Shown piece by piece: positions 1 through 8,558 of a DNA stretch of 64,000 nucleotides. The stretch lies in the NCBI GenBank assembly GCA_040006755.1, contig JBDTWJ010000001.1, positions 1,041 to 65,040 of the forward strand, given 5' to 3'. The stretch comes from Ilumatobacteraceae bacterium. Lineage in GTDB: Bacteria; Actinomycetota; Acidimicrobiia; Acidimicrobiales; Ilumatobacteraceae. Under the pieces are notes generated by a model that was not told where the DNA came from, ran no database searches, and saw only the letters and a list, made by a program, of their open reading frames with translations. Position numbers and translations under genes: made by a program. Position 1 is the stretch's first letter, and every line of letters starts with the position of its first letter.

Positions 1-70
1 GCACTGGCCCGTACGAGTGTTTCAAGCGCATACGGGGTGGTCAGAAACACTCCGATGACATACTGACCCG

Positions 71-565
71 GTGAATGAGAGCGCGCTGGTTGCCGTGGTG
101 ATGGGATCGTCCAGCGACTGGCCGACGATGAGCAAGGCAGTCGAGGTGTTGCAGCACTTCGGGCTTGCTCACGAGGTGTCGGTGCTCTCGGCGCACCGGA
201 TGCCCGACGAGATGTTCGCCTTCGCCGAAGCTGCCAGGGGCCGCGGACTGAGGGCCATCATCGCCGGTGCCGGCGGAGCCGCTCACCTGCCGGGGATGCT
301 GGCCGCGAAGACCATGGTGCCCGTGCTCGGTGTGCCGGTGGCGTCACGACATCTCGGCGGGCAGGATTCGCTGTACTCGATCGTGCAGATGCCTGCCGGG
401 GTTCCGGTCGCGACATTCGCCATCGGTGAGGCAGGCGCGACCAACGCTGCGCTGTTCGCCGTCGCGTTGCTGGCTGCCGGCGATCCCACGCTGTCCAGTG
501 CGCTCGAGGCATACCGCATACAGCGTCACGACGACGCCGCGGCGGCCGTTCTGCCTCCGAAATGA
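71..565 (+). CDS. purE: N5-carboxyaminoimidazole ribonucleotide mutase (class I PurE)
   Basis: 164-aa ORF with GTG start. SSDWPTM, GAGGAAHLPGM and VLGVPV motifs are typical of PurE. Its stop overlaps the purK start (ATGA at 562-565). Confidence 0.93.
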   Translation: MNESALVAVVMGSSSDWPTMSKAVEVLQHFGLAHEVSVLSAHRMPDEMFAFAEAARGRGLRAIIAGAGGAAHLPGMLAAKTMVPVLGVPVASRHLGGQDSLYSIVQMPAGVPVATFAIGEAGATNAALFAVALLAAGDPTLSSALEAYRIQRHDDAAAAVLPPK

Positions 566-1674
566 TCACCCCGCCAGCCACACTCGGCATCCTCGGTGGC
601 GGCCAACTCGGCCGGTACTTCGTCGTCGCCGCGCGCGCGATGGGCTATAGCACGATCGTCCTCGAACCCGACCCACACGCGCCAGCCGGCAAGGTCGCCG
701 ACGAGCACATCGCCGCTGCATACGACGACCCTGCGGCGCTGCAACACCTGGCGTCGGCGTGTGCAGTCGTCACGACAGAGTTCGAGAATCCTCCTGCGAC
801 GGCGATGGAATGGCTCAGCGACCACACGACGGTGCATCCGTCGCCATCCGCAGTCGCGATCGCCCAGGACCGTCGCGCCGAGAAGGCATTCCTCCGCGAT
901 GCAGGCGTTCCGATCGCTTCGTTCCTGGTGATCGAGACCGCCGACGATGTCGCTGAGGCGGGTTCACTGCGATATCCGGCGATCCTGAAGAGCGCTCGAA
1001 TGGGCTATGACGGCAAAGGGCAGATCACGGTCAACGCGCACGACGGCCTGGCAACGGCATGGTCACAACTCGATCGTCAGCCTTGTGTGCTGGAACACCG
1101 CCTGCCCCTGGACCGCGAGGTCTCCATCGTGCTGGCCCGAACCGCCGGCGGAGAGATGGCGATGTATCCGCCCGCCCACAACACCCACGTCGGCGGAATT
1201 CTCGATTGCACCGTCGTCGGTGAGCCGTCACCTGATGCTGCAGACCTCGCCGGAACGATCGCCGAGGCGCTCGGCTATGTCGGCGTACTGGCCGTGGAGA
1301 TGTTCGTCGTCGATGGCCAGCTGCTGGTCAACGAGCTCGCCCCGCGCCCGCACAACAGCGGGCACTGGACCCTCGACGCGGCGCGAACCAGTCAGTTCGA
1401 ACAGCAGGTGCGCGCGGTGTGCGATGTCGGACTCGGCGACCCGTCGCCGTGCGCCCCGGCCGTCGCGATGGTCAACCTGCTCGGCGACCTCTGGGCCGGC
1501 GGAGAGCCAGACTGGGCCGTGGCTCTCGCCGATCCCAGCGCGTCGCTGCACCTGTACGGCAAGACCAGTGCAAGACCCGGGCGCAAGATGGGCCACATCA
1601 CCGTCACCGCGGCCACACCCGACGAAGCGGAACGGAGCGCGAAGGCGATCCGATCCAAGCTGACGGATCGGTAG
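562..1674 (+). CDS. purK: N5-carboxyaminoimidazole ribonucleotide synthase (ATP-grasp PurK)
   Basis: 370 aa. Has the GILGGGQLGR N-terminal loop, an ATP-grasp core (YPAILKS..GYDGKGQ) and a C-terminal LHLYGK..RPGRKMGH. Translationally coupled to purE. Confidence 0.92.
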   Translation: MITPPATLGILGGGQLGRYFVVAARAMGYSTIVLEPDPHAPAGKVADEHIAAAYDDPAALQHLASACAVVTTEFENPPATAMEWLSDHTTVHPSPSAVAIAQDRRAEKAFLRDAGVPIASFLVIETADDVAEAGSLRYPAILKSARMGYDGKGQITVNAHDGLATAWSQLDRQPCVLEHRLPLDREVSIVLARTAGGEMAMYPPAHNTHVGGILDCTVVGEPSPDAADLAGTIAEALGYVGVLAVEMFVVDGQLLVNELAPRPHNSGHWTLDAARTSQFEQQVRAVCDVGLGDPSPCAPAVAMVNLLGDLWAGGEPDWAVALADPSASLHLYGKTSARPGRKMGHITVTAATPDEAERSAKAIRSKLTDR

Positions 1675-1686
1675 TCTGCGCAGACC

Positions 1687-2325
1687 ATGGTTGCCGGCAT
1701 CATCACCGACGTCACCGATTGGCTCGATCGGATCTCCAGCCATTGGTGGTTCCTGCTCATCATCGTAATCGTCGCCTACCTCGACTCGGTCCTTCCGATC
1801 GTGCCCAGCGAGACGTGCGTGATCATCGGCGGTGTGGCGTCCAGCCAGGGCTACCTCAACATCTACGCGGTCATCGCGGCAGGCGCGATCGGTGCCTTCC
1901 TGGGAGACAACACCGCCTACATGATCGGGCTCCGGGCGAGCGGATGGTTCCGCCGTCGCGCCGAACGAAAACCCGAGTTCGCCAAGAAGCTGGCGTGGGC
2001 GCAACTACAAATCCTGCGGCGCGGCGGGCTCCTGTTGATCACCGCGCGTTTCATCCCCGGTGGACGAACTCTCTTGACGTTGTCGTGTGGCATCACCCGT
2101 CAGCGACGATGGTGGTTCATCCGCTGGGTCGCGCTCGCAACGGTGATCTGGGCGACGTACGCCGCAATGCTCGGACGCATCGGCGGCGAGGCGTTCGAGA
2201 ACAACCACACCAACGCTTTCCTGTTCGCGTTCGGTCTTGCAATCGCCACCAACATCGCCATCGAGATCGTCCGTCACGTCATGAAAAACCGTCGCGAAGC
2301 CAGAGCCCCGATTCCGCCGGGCTGA
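1687..2325 (+). CDS. DedA / SNARE-associated family membrane protein
   Basis: 212 aa with multiple hydrophobic segments. YLDSVLPIVPSE and ARFIPGGRT motifs match the DedA family. Confidence 0.85.
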   Translation: MVAGIITDVTDWLDRISSHWWFLLIIVIVAYLDSVLPIVPSETCVIIGGVASSQGYLNIYAVIAAGAIGAFLGDNTAYMIGLRASGWFRRRAERKPEFAKKLAWAQLQILRRGGLLLITARFIPGGRTLLTLSCGITRQRRWWFIRWVALATVIWATYAAMLGRIGGEAFENNHTNAFLFAFGLAIATNIAIEIVRHVMKNRREARAPIPPG

Positions 2326-2326
2326 A

Positions 2327-3178
2327 GTGCAGATGAACAGGCATCTCGTCCAACTCAACGTCGCGACACTGCGTCATCCCATGGACGATCCGCGCATCGC
2401 CGATTTCGCGAACGCCCTCCCGGTCGTGAACGGAGCAGGCGAGCAGTCCCCGGGCTACGTGTGGCGTTTGCAGTCCGACAGGGGTGACGCAACCGACATC
2501 GAGGTCTTCGAAGATCCGTTGATGATCGTCAACCTGACGGTGTGGGAGTCGCTCGAATCCCTCAAGGCCTTCGCATATCGCGGTATCCACCGCGACTTCT
2601 TCCGTCGACGTGCCGAGTGGTTCGTCGAGGGTTCGACGCGGACCGCCCTGTGGTGGGTGCCGGCGGGAGAACTGCCTACAACCGACGACGCCAAGCGGCG
2701 GCTCGACTTCATCAACGTGCTCGGCAGTTCGCCCTTCGCGTTCGAGATGGGACAGAACCAGCCGGCGATGGTGCTGGAACGCGTCGGCGCCGAGGATCAC
2801 CGCGCAGCCAAGATGATCGACGACACCTGTGAACCAGCGCCGACCGGCGATCTCGAAGGGTTCGTCGTCGTCGAGCTCGACGATGTCGCCGTGGCGTGCG
2901 GCGAGTACCGGACCCTCGACGATCGCAGAGCCGACATCACGCAGCTGTACGTGGCGAAATCCGCTCGCGGACTGAGGGTTGGCGTAGCGATCATCGCCGA
3001 GCTGGAGACACTGGCGAGAGCCGACGGGCGGCAGCGAATCGCGCTGGAGACCTCGCCGAAGCTCGTTCCGACGCTCGAGAACTTCGGCTGGCGGCAGTCA
3101 GATTCACGAGAGGCACCGGTCGGCTCACCGCGGTCGGTCTGCATGGAGAAAGCGCTCGGCGCGACTCAGGCCGTTTAG
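2327..3178 (+). CDS. DUF3291 domain fused to a GNAT N-acetyltransferase domain
   Basis: The N-terminal ~150 aa (LVQLNVATLRHPMDDPRIADF...SPGYVWRLQSD) resembles DUF3291. The C-terminal ~110 aa carries a GNAT motif-A-like segment (LYVAKSARGLRVGVAIIAELETLARADG). An alternative ATG lies at 2333. The ORF starts 1 nt after the dedA stop. Confidence 0.7.
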   Translation: MQMNRHLVQLNVATLRHPMDDPRIADFANALPVVNGAGEQSPGYVWRLQSDRGDATDIEVFEDPLMIVNLTVWESLESLKAFAYRGIHRDFFRRRAEWFVEGSTRTALWWVPAGELPTTDDAKRRLDFINVLGSSPFAFEMGQNQPAMVLERVGAEDHRAAKMIDDTCEPAPTGDLEGFVVVELDDVAVACGEYRTLDDRRADITQLYVAKSARGLRVGVAIIAELETLARADGRQRIALETSPKLVPTLENFGWRQSDSREAPVGSPRSVCMEKALGATQAV

Positions 3179-3188
3179 CCTGACTTCG

Positions 3189-4091
3189 ATGCTTGCAGTG
3201 ATCGTCGTGCGCGACGCAGAGCTACCCGCGGGCGCAGACGAGACCATCTCGGAATGCGATGGCAGGGTCATGCTGATGGGTTCCGGCACGAGGACAGCCG
3301 TACTCGAGGTCCAGCACATCGCCGGTGAGGTGACCACGGTCGAGCTCGGCGACTTCAAGCCGGCGGCGTGGGCTGCCGCTTTGGCGCCGCACCTCGGGGA
3401 CGAGCCAATCGTTGTGATGCCGGCCTCGCCCGACGGGCGCGATTTCGCTCCACGACTCGCCGCGGAGCTGCAGCGACCGCTGTTCGCAGTGGCAATGGGC
3501 GTCTCCGCATCGCGAATGGACCTCGTTCGACACGGGGGCTCGGAACTGCACTCGTTCGAGCCGCCGGTGGCGTTCGTGGCGACTCTGCAACCCGGAGTGC
3601 GCGGCGTCGACCCTGTCTCTTCAACGGCGATCGTTCGCGACCTCGCCATCGGCCTGCCTCATCGCAACGACGCGACGATCGAACAGATGCTGCCCCCCGA
3701 CGCCGCCACGATCGACCTGTCCGAGGCCGATCGAATCGTCTCGGGCGGCGCGGGTCTCGACGACCCGCGTCGATTCGAGCAACTCGCCGCGCTCGGCGCC
3801 GCCATCGGAGCCAGCGTCGGCGCGACGCGCGTGATCACCGATCGCGGATGGGTCGGTCATGAGCGACAGATCGGCACGACCGGCGTCATCGTCGATCCGG
3901 ACCTCTACATCGCATTCGGGATCAGTGGCGCCGTGCAGCACACCACCGGCCTCGGTCGACCCGATCACATCATCAGCGTCAACACCGATCCCCATTGCCC
4001 GATGATGCAGCTCTCCGATGTCGCGGTCATCGCCGACGCCAACACCGTGCTCGACGAGTTGCTGCTGCAGATCGGCGGCCGCGGTGGCTGA
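3189..4091 (+). CDS. etfA: electron transfer flavoprotein alpha subunit (EtfA/FixB-like)
   Basis: 300 aa. The C-terminal FAD-binding region (VSGGAGL...IGASVGATRVITDRGW...QIGTTGVIVDPDLYIAFGISGAVQH) is diagnostic of the ETF alpha subunit. Confidence 0.85.
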   Translation: MLAVIVVRDAELPAGADETISECDGRVMLMGSGTRTAVLEVQHIAGEVTTVELGDFKPAAWAAALAPHLGDEPIVVMPASPDGRDFAPRLAAELQRPLFAVAMGVSASRMDLVRHGGSELHSFEPPVAFVATLQPGVRGVDPVSSTAIVRDLAIGLPHRNDATIEQMLPPDAATIDLSEADRIVSGGAGLDDPRRFEQLAALGAAIGASVGATRVITDRGWVGHERQIGTTGVIVDPDLYIAFGISGAVQHTTGLGRPDHIISVNTDPHCPMMQLSDVAVIADANTVLDELLLQIGGRGG

Positions 4092-5403
4092 GGTCGACTA
4101 CGACGTCGTGATCGTCGGCGCGGGTCCGGCTGGTTCCTGTGCCGCGATCGAGGCCGCACGGGGTGGCCTCCGCACGCTGCTGCTCGAGCGCGGTCCATTC
4201 GCCGGCAGCAAGAACATGTACGGCGGTGTCATCTACCCGCGGATCCTCGACGATCTCATTCCGGAATGGTGGAACGAGGTTCCGATCCAGCGTTGGGTCA
4301 CTCGCCGGTCGACGATGATCCTCACCGAGACGCAGGCGCTGTCGGTCGACTTCCGCAACGACGGCTGGGCCGCGCCGCCGTACAACGGCGCCACCGCATA
4401 CCGACCCGAGTTCGATCGATGGCTGGCCGACCACGCGGTCGCTGCCGGCGCCACGCTGTTGTGCAACACGACGGTCACGGGTCTCCTCCGTGGGGCATCG
4501 CGCCGCTCGGCGGGCATCATCACCGGTGTTCGCACCGACCGTCCCGACGGTGATGTCACCGCGTCCGTCGTGATCGCGTGCGACGGCGTCAACAGCTTCG
4601 TCGCCAAAGAGGCCGGACTCTATGGCACACCCAACCCAAAGAACTTCACCCTCGGCGTCAAGGAGACGATCTCGCTTCCCAAGCGGGTGATCGACGAACG
4701 ATTCGGCGTGCGCGATCGCGAGGGTGTCGACATCGAGATCATCGGCTGCACCGGCGGCATCAACGGCGGAGGATTCGTCTACACCAACCTCGAGACGGTC
4801 GCGGTTGGCGTCGTGCTGAAGCTGACGAGGCTCGCCGCCCAGAAAACTCGACCAGAGGACGTCATCGCGGCGATGAAGAAGCACTCGGCGATCGCTCCGC
4901 TGGTGGAGGGCGGCGAGCTGCACGAGTACTCGGCGCACCTCATCCCCGAAGCGGGCCTGTCGATGATGCCTGGGATGACCGGCCACGGCTTGCTCGTTGC
5001 CGGCGACGCTGCGGCGCTGTGCCTTGCGGCCGGTATCTGGCTGGAAGGCGTCAACTTCGCGATGGCCAGCGGCATGTATGCGGGCCAGACCGCGATCGAG
5101 GCGATCGCCGACGGAGACGTCAGCCAGCGCGGTCTCGGCGGATACGCCCGCCGTCTCAGCGACACCTTCGTGCTGCGCGATCATCGCAAGCTTCGTCGCG
5201 CGCCGGAGCTCGTGCTCAGCGACCGCGTGCAACACCTGTATCCGTCGATGGTGGCCGGCATCGCCGAACGGATGTTCCGCGTCGACAATCCCGCGCCCAA
5301 GCCGGGGCTGCGTCGCATCGTGCGTGAAGAACGCAAGCGCGCCGGCGTGACCCTGCGGGGCTTGTGGCACGACGGCCACGATGCTTTCAGGAGCTTCGGA
5401 TGA
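4084..5403 (+). CDS. fixC: FAD-dependent ETF-quinone oxidoreductase, FixC-like
   Basis: Has the DYDVVIVGAGPAGSCAAIEAAR...ERG..AGSKNMYGG dinucleotide fold. I moved the start to GTG 4084 (GTGGCTGA overlap with the etfA stop). The ORF-track start at 4018 would lie inside etfA. Confidence 0.85.
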   Translation: MAEVDYDVVIVGAGPAGSCAAIEAARGGLRTLLLERGPFAGSKNMYGGVIYPRILDDLIPEWWNEVPIQRWVTRRSTMILTETQALSVDFRNDGWAAPPYNGATAYRPEFDRWLADHAVAAGATLLCNTTVTGLLRGASRRSAGIITGVRTDRPDGDVTASVVIACDGVNSFVAKEAGLYGTPNPKNFTLGVKETISLPKRVIDERFGVRDREGVDIEIIGCTGGINGGGFVYTNLETVAVGVVLKLTRLAAQKTRPEDVIAAMKKHSAIAPLVEGGELHEYSAHLIPEAGLSMMPGMTGHGLLVAGDAAALCLAAGIWLEGVNFAMASGMYAGQTAIEAIADGDVSQRGLGGYARRLSDTFVLRDHRKLRRAPELVLSDRVQHLYPSMVAGIAERMFRVDNPAPKPGLRRIVREERKRAGVTLRGLWHDGHDAFRSFG

Positions 5404-5705
5404 CCGACCACGACGAAACATGGCCGGAGATCTCGTTCATCGATCGCATGGCGACGACTGAGTTCAACGTCGACGACAAGCCGCACATTGTGGTCGATGG
5501 CAAGGTGTGCACAGATTGCTCCACGCGCGAATGCATCGTCGCCTGCCCGGCGGATCTCTTCGTTCCTACAAGCGACGGCGGCATCGTCTTCAACTACGAG
5601 CAATGCTTTGAATGCGGCACGTGCTACCTGGTCTGCAACCGCGAGGGCGCCATCAGTTGGTCGTACCCAGAGGGCGGATTCGGCGTGATCTTCCGGAGCA
5701 CGTGA
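5400..5705 (+). CDS. fixX: ferredoxin-like protein FixX
   Basis: About 101 aa. Cys pattern C-x2-C-x4-C-x3-CP ... C-x2-C-x2-C-x3-C, as in FixX. ATG 5400 overlaps the fixC stop (ATGA). Confidence 0.85.
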   Translation: MTDHDETWPEISFIDRMATTEFNVDDKPHIVVDGKVCTDCSTRECIVACPADLFVPTSDGGIVFNYEQCFECGTCYLVCNREGAISWSYPEGGFGVIFRST

Positions 5706-6475
5706 TGATCGCGGTGTGCATCAAGTCACTCGCTGAATCGGTCGTGTCAGGGATGTCCGCGGCAGACGAGGCCGCGATCGAGCTCGCACTGCAACACGGG
5801 GAGGCGATCCGCAGCTCCGTCATTGCCATCACCGTCGGCGGCACTGCAGCTGATCGCGGGCTACGAACCGCGTTGGCGTCGGGGGCTACAACGGCCATCC
5901 GCGTCGACGCTCCCGACGCCATCGACAGCGCTTCGGTTGCCGCGGCGATGGCACCGGTCGTCGCCCACAGCATCGCAGTGTGGTGCGGAGACTATTCGGC
6001 CGACCGCGGCACCGGCAGCGTGCCGGCATTGCTTGCCGCGCAACTGCAACGTCAACAGGCACTCGGCCTGGTGGCCGTCGAGTTCATCGATCCTCTTCGC
6101 GTCACTCGCCGCCTCGACGGCGGACGCCGCGAGGTTCTGCGCGTCACCGGTCCCGCTGTCCTGTCGGTCGAGGGCTCGGCAGCCCGACTGCGTCGCGCCC
6201 CGCTGCGCGCCGCCCTCTCCGCACAAACAGCGGAAGTGCTGCCGTACGGCACCACGGCGGTACCGAGCGGCAACACTCCCATCGTTGCGGTTCAGCCATA
6301 TCGCCCTCGTGCCCGGGTGCTGGCTGCGCCAGCCGGCACGACGGCGCTCGATCGACTGCGGGCACTCACCGATTCCTCGGGCGCGCCGCAACCCGGCGAG
6401 GTGGTCGAGGGGAGCCCGTCGTACGCGGCGCGCAGGATCCTCGAGGTGCTATCCGACTGGGGCTATCTCTCGTAG
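5705..6475 (+). CDS. etfB: electron transfer flavoprotein beta subunit (EtfB/FixA-like)
   Basis: MIAVCIKSL... start, AITVGG...GLRTALASGATTAIRV, and CGDYSADRGTGSVPALLAAQL. ATG 5705 overlaps the fixX TGA by 1 nt. GTG 5702 is an alternative start. Confidence 0.75.
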   Translation: MIAVCIKSLAESVVSGMSAADEAAIELALQHGEAIRSSVIAITVGGTAADRGLRTALASGATTAIRVDAPDAIDSASVAAAMAPVVAHSIAVWCGDYSADRGTGSVPALLAAQLQRQQALGLVAVEFIDPLRVTRRLDGGRREVLRVTGPAVLSVEGSAARLRRAPLRAALSAQTAEVLPYGTTAVPSGNTPIVAVQPYRPRARVLAAPAGTTALDRLRALTDSSGAPQPGEVVEGSPSYAARRILEVLSDWGYLS

Positions 6476-6525
6476 GAGCGTGGCGTCTGCGAGATCTGGC
6501 TCGGCAGCGGTTTAGCGTCTCCTGC

Positions 6526-7212
6526 ATGACCAGTCGGCTCGGCGATGTGACATGGACCGATCTCTGGAATCTGGCTCCCCGTCCGATCATCGCCATCCCG
6601 GTGGGGTCGTGCGAACAGCACGGGCCTCATCTGCCCCTCGACACCGACACCCGAATAGCAACGGCGCTCGCCGAGGGTCTCGTCACGTCGTTCGAGCCCG
6701 GCGACGTGCTGATCGGTCCACCGCTGACGGCGACGTCCAGCGGCGAGCACGCGGGGTTTCCGGGAACACTGTCGATTGGTGCCGAGGTCGTCGAACACAT
6801 GATCGTCGAACTCGTTCGCAGCGCCGATTGGTCGGCTGGTGTTGTATTGGTCAATGGCCACGGTGGCAATGCTCTGCCGGTGCAGCGCGCCACCAACAAG
6901 CTCCTCGGCGAAGGCCGTCGAGTTCTCGCGTGGTGGCCACACATTCGCAATGGCGACGCCCACGCCGGCGAATCCGAGACCTCGATGATGTTGGCCCTCG
7001 CCCCGGGATTGGTGCGCATGACCAGAGCCGAGGCCGGCCGACTGGAACCGATCGTCGACCTGATCGACGAGCTCCGCGCCGACGGAGTACGAGCCGTCAG
7101 CCCCAACGGTGTGCTCGGTGATCCTCGTTCGGCAACGGCAATCCATGGCAGGACGCTGCTGACAAGGCTGATCATCGACCTCGTGGCCGCCGTCGACGAA
7201 TGGCGAGCATGA
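6526..7212 (+). CDS. mftE: creatininase-family hydrolase, mycofactocin peptidase MftE-like
   Basis: Motifs VGSCEQHGPHLPLDTDT, SSGEHAGFPGTLSIG, VNGHGGN, GDAHAGESETS and AVSPNGVLGDP. Start set at ATG 6526, because the upstream part of the 5980 ORF overlaps etfB. Confidence 0.7.
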   Translation: MTSRLGDVTWTDLWNLAPRPIIAIPVGSCEQHGPHLPLDTDTRIATALAEGLVTSFEPGDVLIGPPLTATSSGEHAGFPGTLSIGAEVVEHMIVELVRSADWSAGVVLVNGHGGNALPVQRATNKLLGEGRRVLAWWPHIRNGDAHAGESETSMMLALAPGLVRMTRAEAGRLEPIVDLIDELRADGVRAVSPNGVLGDPRSATAIHGRTLLTRLIIDLVAAVDEWRA

Positions 7213-8558
7213 CCGATCACGCGGTCGGCTCGTTCCGTGTCGACGGCACCTACCGTCGACACGATGCTGTGGTGATCGCCGGATCGCCGCTGCGACTCTT
7301 CCGACTGTCACCCGCCGGCCAACGAATCGTCGAGGCGATCGAGCAGCATCAGCCTCTTCCGGCCCGACACGGCCGGTTGACCGATCGGCTCGTCGAGGCA
7401 GGCGCCATCCATCCTGTACACAAGGAGTCGACGTTCGCCACGAACGATGTCACCATCGTGGTTCCCGCGTTCGAGGCCGAGCCGCCGTTGATCCCCCATG
7501 ACGGCGAGGTGATCGTCGTCGACGACGGCAGCACGCCGGCCCTGTCGACGCACAGACGACCGACGATTCGCCTGTCCGTCAACCGCGGCCCTGCTGCGGC
7601 GCGCAACGCGGGCCTCGCAGAAGTGACGACATCTCTCGTTGCGTTCGTGGACACCGATGTGGATCTCGACGACGACTGGTTGGATGCGTTGCTGCCACAC
7701 TTCAACGATCCACGGGTCGCACTCGTCGCGCCGCGGGTTCTCTCGACCGACGCGCCAACGATCATCGGCGAATACGAATCGGTGCGATCACCGCTCGACC
7801 TCGGCGACCAGCCAGCACGAATCGCTGCCGGAAGTCGGGTCAGCTACGTACCTGGCGCGGCGCTGGTCGTTCGCACCGACATGCTGCGAGCAATCGGTGG
7901 GTTCGACGAAGCATTCCGCACCGGAGAAGATGTCGACATGGTGTGGCGACTGATCGAGGCCGGCCACCGCTGTCGCTACGAGCCTTCGAGCATCGTGCAC
8001 CATCGACCGAGGTCGACCGGTGCTGCATGGCTCATCCAACGAGTGACGTATGGTCGATCGGCGGCACCGCTCGATCGCAAGCATCCCGGTGCCGTCGCCC
8101 CGCTGCGGATCAGTGGATGGAGCGCGGCAGTGTGGGCCCTGGTGTTGATGCGCCGGCCCGTCACGGCCATGGGCGTCGCGGCCGGAACCACTGTTGCGCT
8201 GCACCGCAAACTCCCCGACATTCCCAAGGCGGAATCCATTCGGCTCGCGGGTCTCGGTCACCTCTATGCCGGTCGCCAAGTGGCCAATGCCATCACACGC
8301 GTGTGGTGGCCGCTGGCGTTGGTCGCGGCGATGTTCGTACGCCGACTGCGAGCTCCGCTGTTCGCTGCGGCGACCATCCCGGCGCTGCTCGACTGGTTCG
8401 GCAACCGCGGATCCGGCAATGCCGCGCAGCACGTCGCCCTACGGGTCGTCGACGACATGGCCTACGGAACCGGCGTGTGGATCGGATCGATCGAGCAGCG
8501 CAGCCTTGGCGCCTTGGCGCCGAAGCTCACGAATTGGCCTGGACGAGCGCCCGGTTGA
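7200..8558 (+). CDS. mftF: family-2 glycosyltransferase with C-terminal membrane region, mycofactocin MftF-like
   Basis: 452 aa. N-terminal GSPLRLFRLSPAG segment, a GT2 core (VTIVVPA...VVDDGS...NRGPAAARN...FVDTDV...GEDVDMVWR) and C-terminal hydrophobic helices. An alternative ATG at 7209 gives an ATGA overlap with the mftE stop. Confidence 0.65.
   Translation: MASMTDHAVGSFRVDGTYRRHDAVVIAGSPLRLFRLSPAGQRIVEAIEQHQPLPARHGRLTDRLVEAGAIHPVHKESTFATNDVTIVVPAFEAEPPLIPHDGEVIVVDDGSTPALSTHRRPTIRLSVNRGPAAARNAGLAEVTTSLVAFVDTDVDLDDDWLDALLPHFNDPRVALVAPRVLSTDAPTIIGEYESVRSPLDLGDQPARIAAGSRVSYVPGAALVVRTDMLRAIGGFDEAFRTGEDVDMVWRLIEAGHRCRYEPSSIVHHRPRSTGAAWLIQRVTYGRSAAPLDRKHPGAVAPLRISGWSAAVWALVLMRRPVTAMGVAAGTTVALHRKLPDIPKAESIRLAGLGHLYAGRQVANAITRVWWPLALVAAMFVRRLRAPLFAAATIPALLDWFGNRGSGNAAQHVALRVVDDMAYGTGVWIGSIEQRSLGALAPKLTNWPGRAPG

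Noticed and set aside
15-52. 9-bp perfect inverted repeat GAGTGTTTC-N20-GAAACACTC just upstream of purE.
   Set aside because: It could be a terminator of the unseen upstream gene or an operator. It sits at the window edge with no context, so no call was made.
1674-1685. Perfect 12-bp palindrome GTCTGCGCAGAC between purK and dedA, and other short (5-7 bp) GC hairpins at 12074-12093 and 29468-29484.
   Set aside because: Stems this short are expected by chance in G+C-rich DNA, and they lack U-tracts. They were not reported as terminators.
4027-5421. 464-aa ORF on the minus strand, opposite fixC.
   Set aside because: It is the mirror image of a well-supported coding frame in a very G+C-rich genome. 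The product is Arg/Ala/Gly/Pro-rich with no recognisable motif. The same reasoning applies to 33063-34364(-), 34675-36090(-), 50474-51745(+), 22133-23107(+), 26227-27264(+), 58723-59949(+) and similar long antisense ORFs.
5980-6525. N-terminal extensions of ORF-track entries (5980 for mftE, 4018 for fixC, 5612 for etfB, 18228, 20267, 22388, 24914, 28313, 36569, 45144, 46945, 52303, 54461, 56023).
   Set aside because: Each extension overlaps the preceding well-supported gene in another frame and is Arg/Pro-rich. Each has an internal start that abuts or overlaps the neighbour's stop and restores the normal family length.
6476-6525. Possible hiding place for a mycofactocin precursor (mftA) upstream of mftE.
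   Set aside because: The gap is only 50 nt and has no ORF. I also saw no short ORF ending in a Cys-Gly-Val-Tyr-type C-terminus near the cluster. This was a visual check only, so a genome-wide search is still needed.
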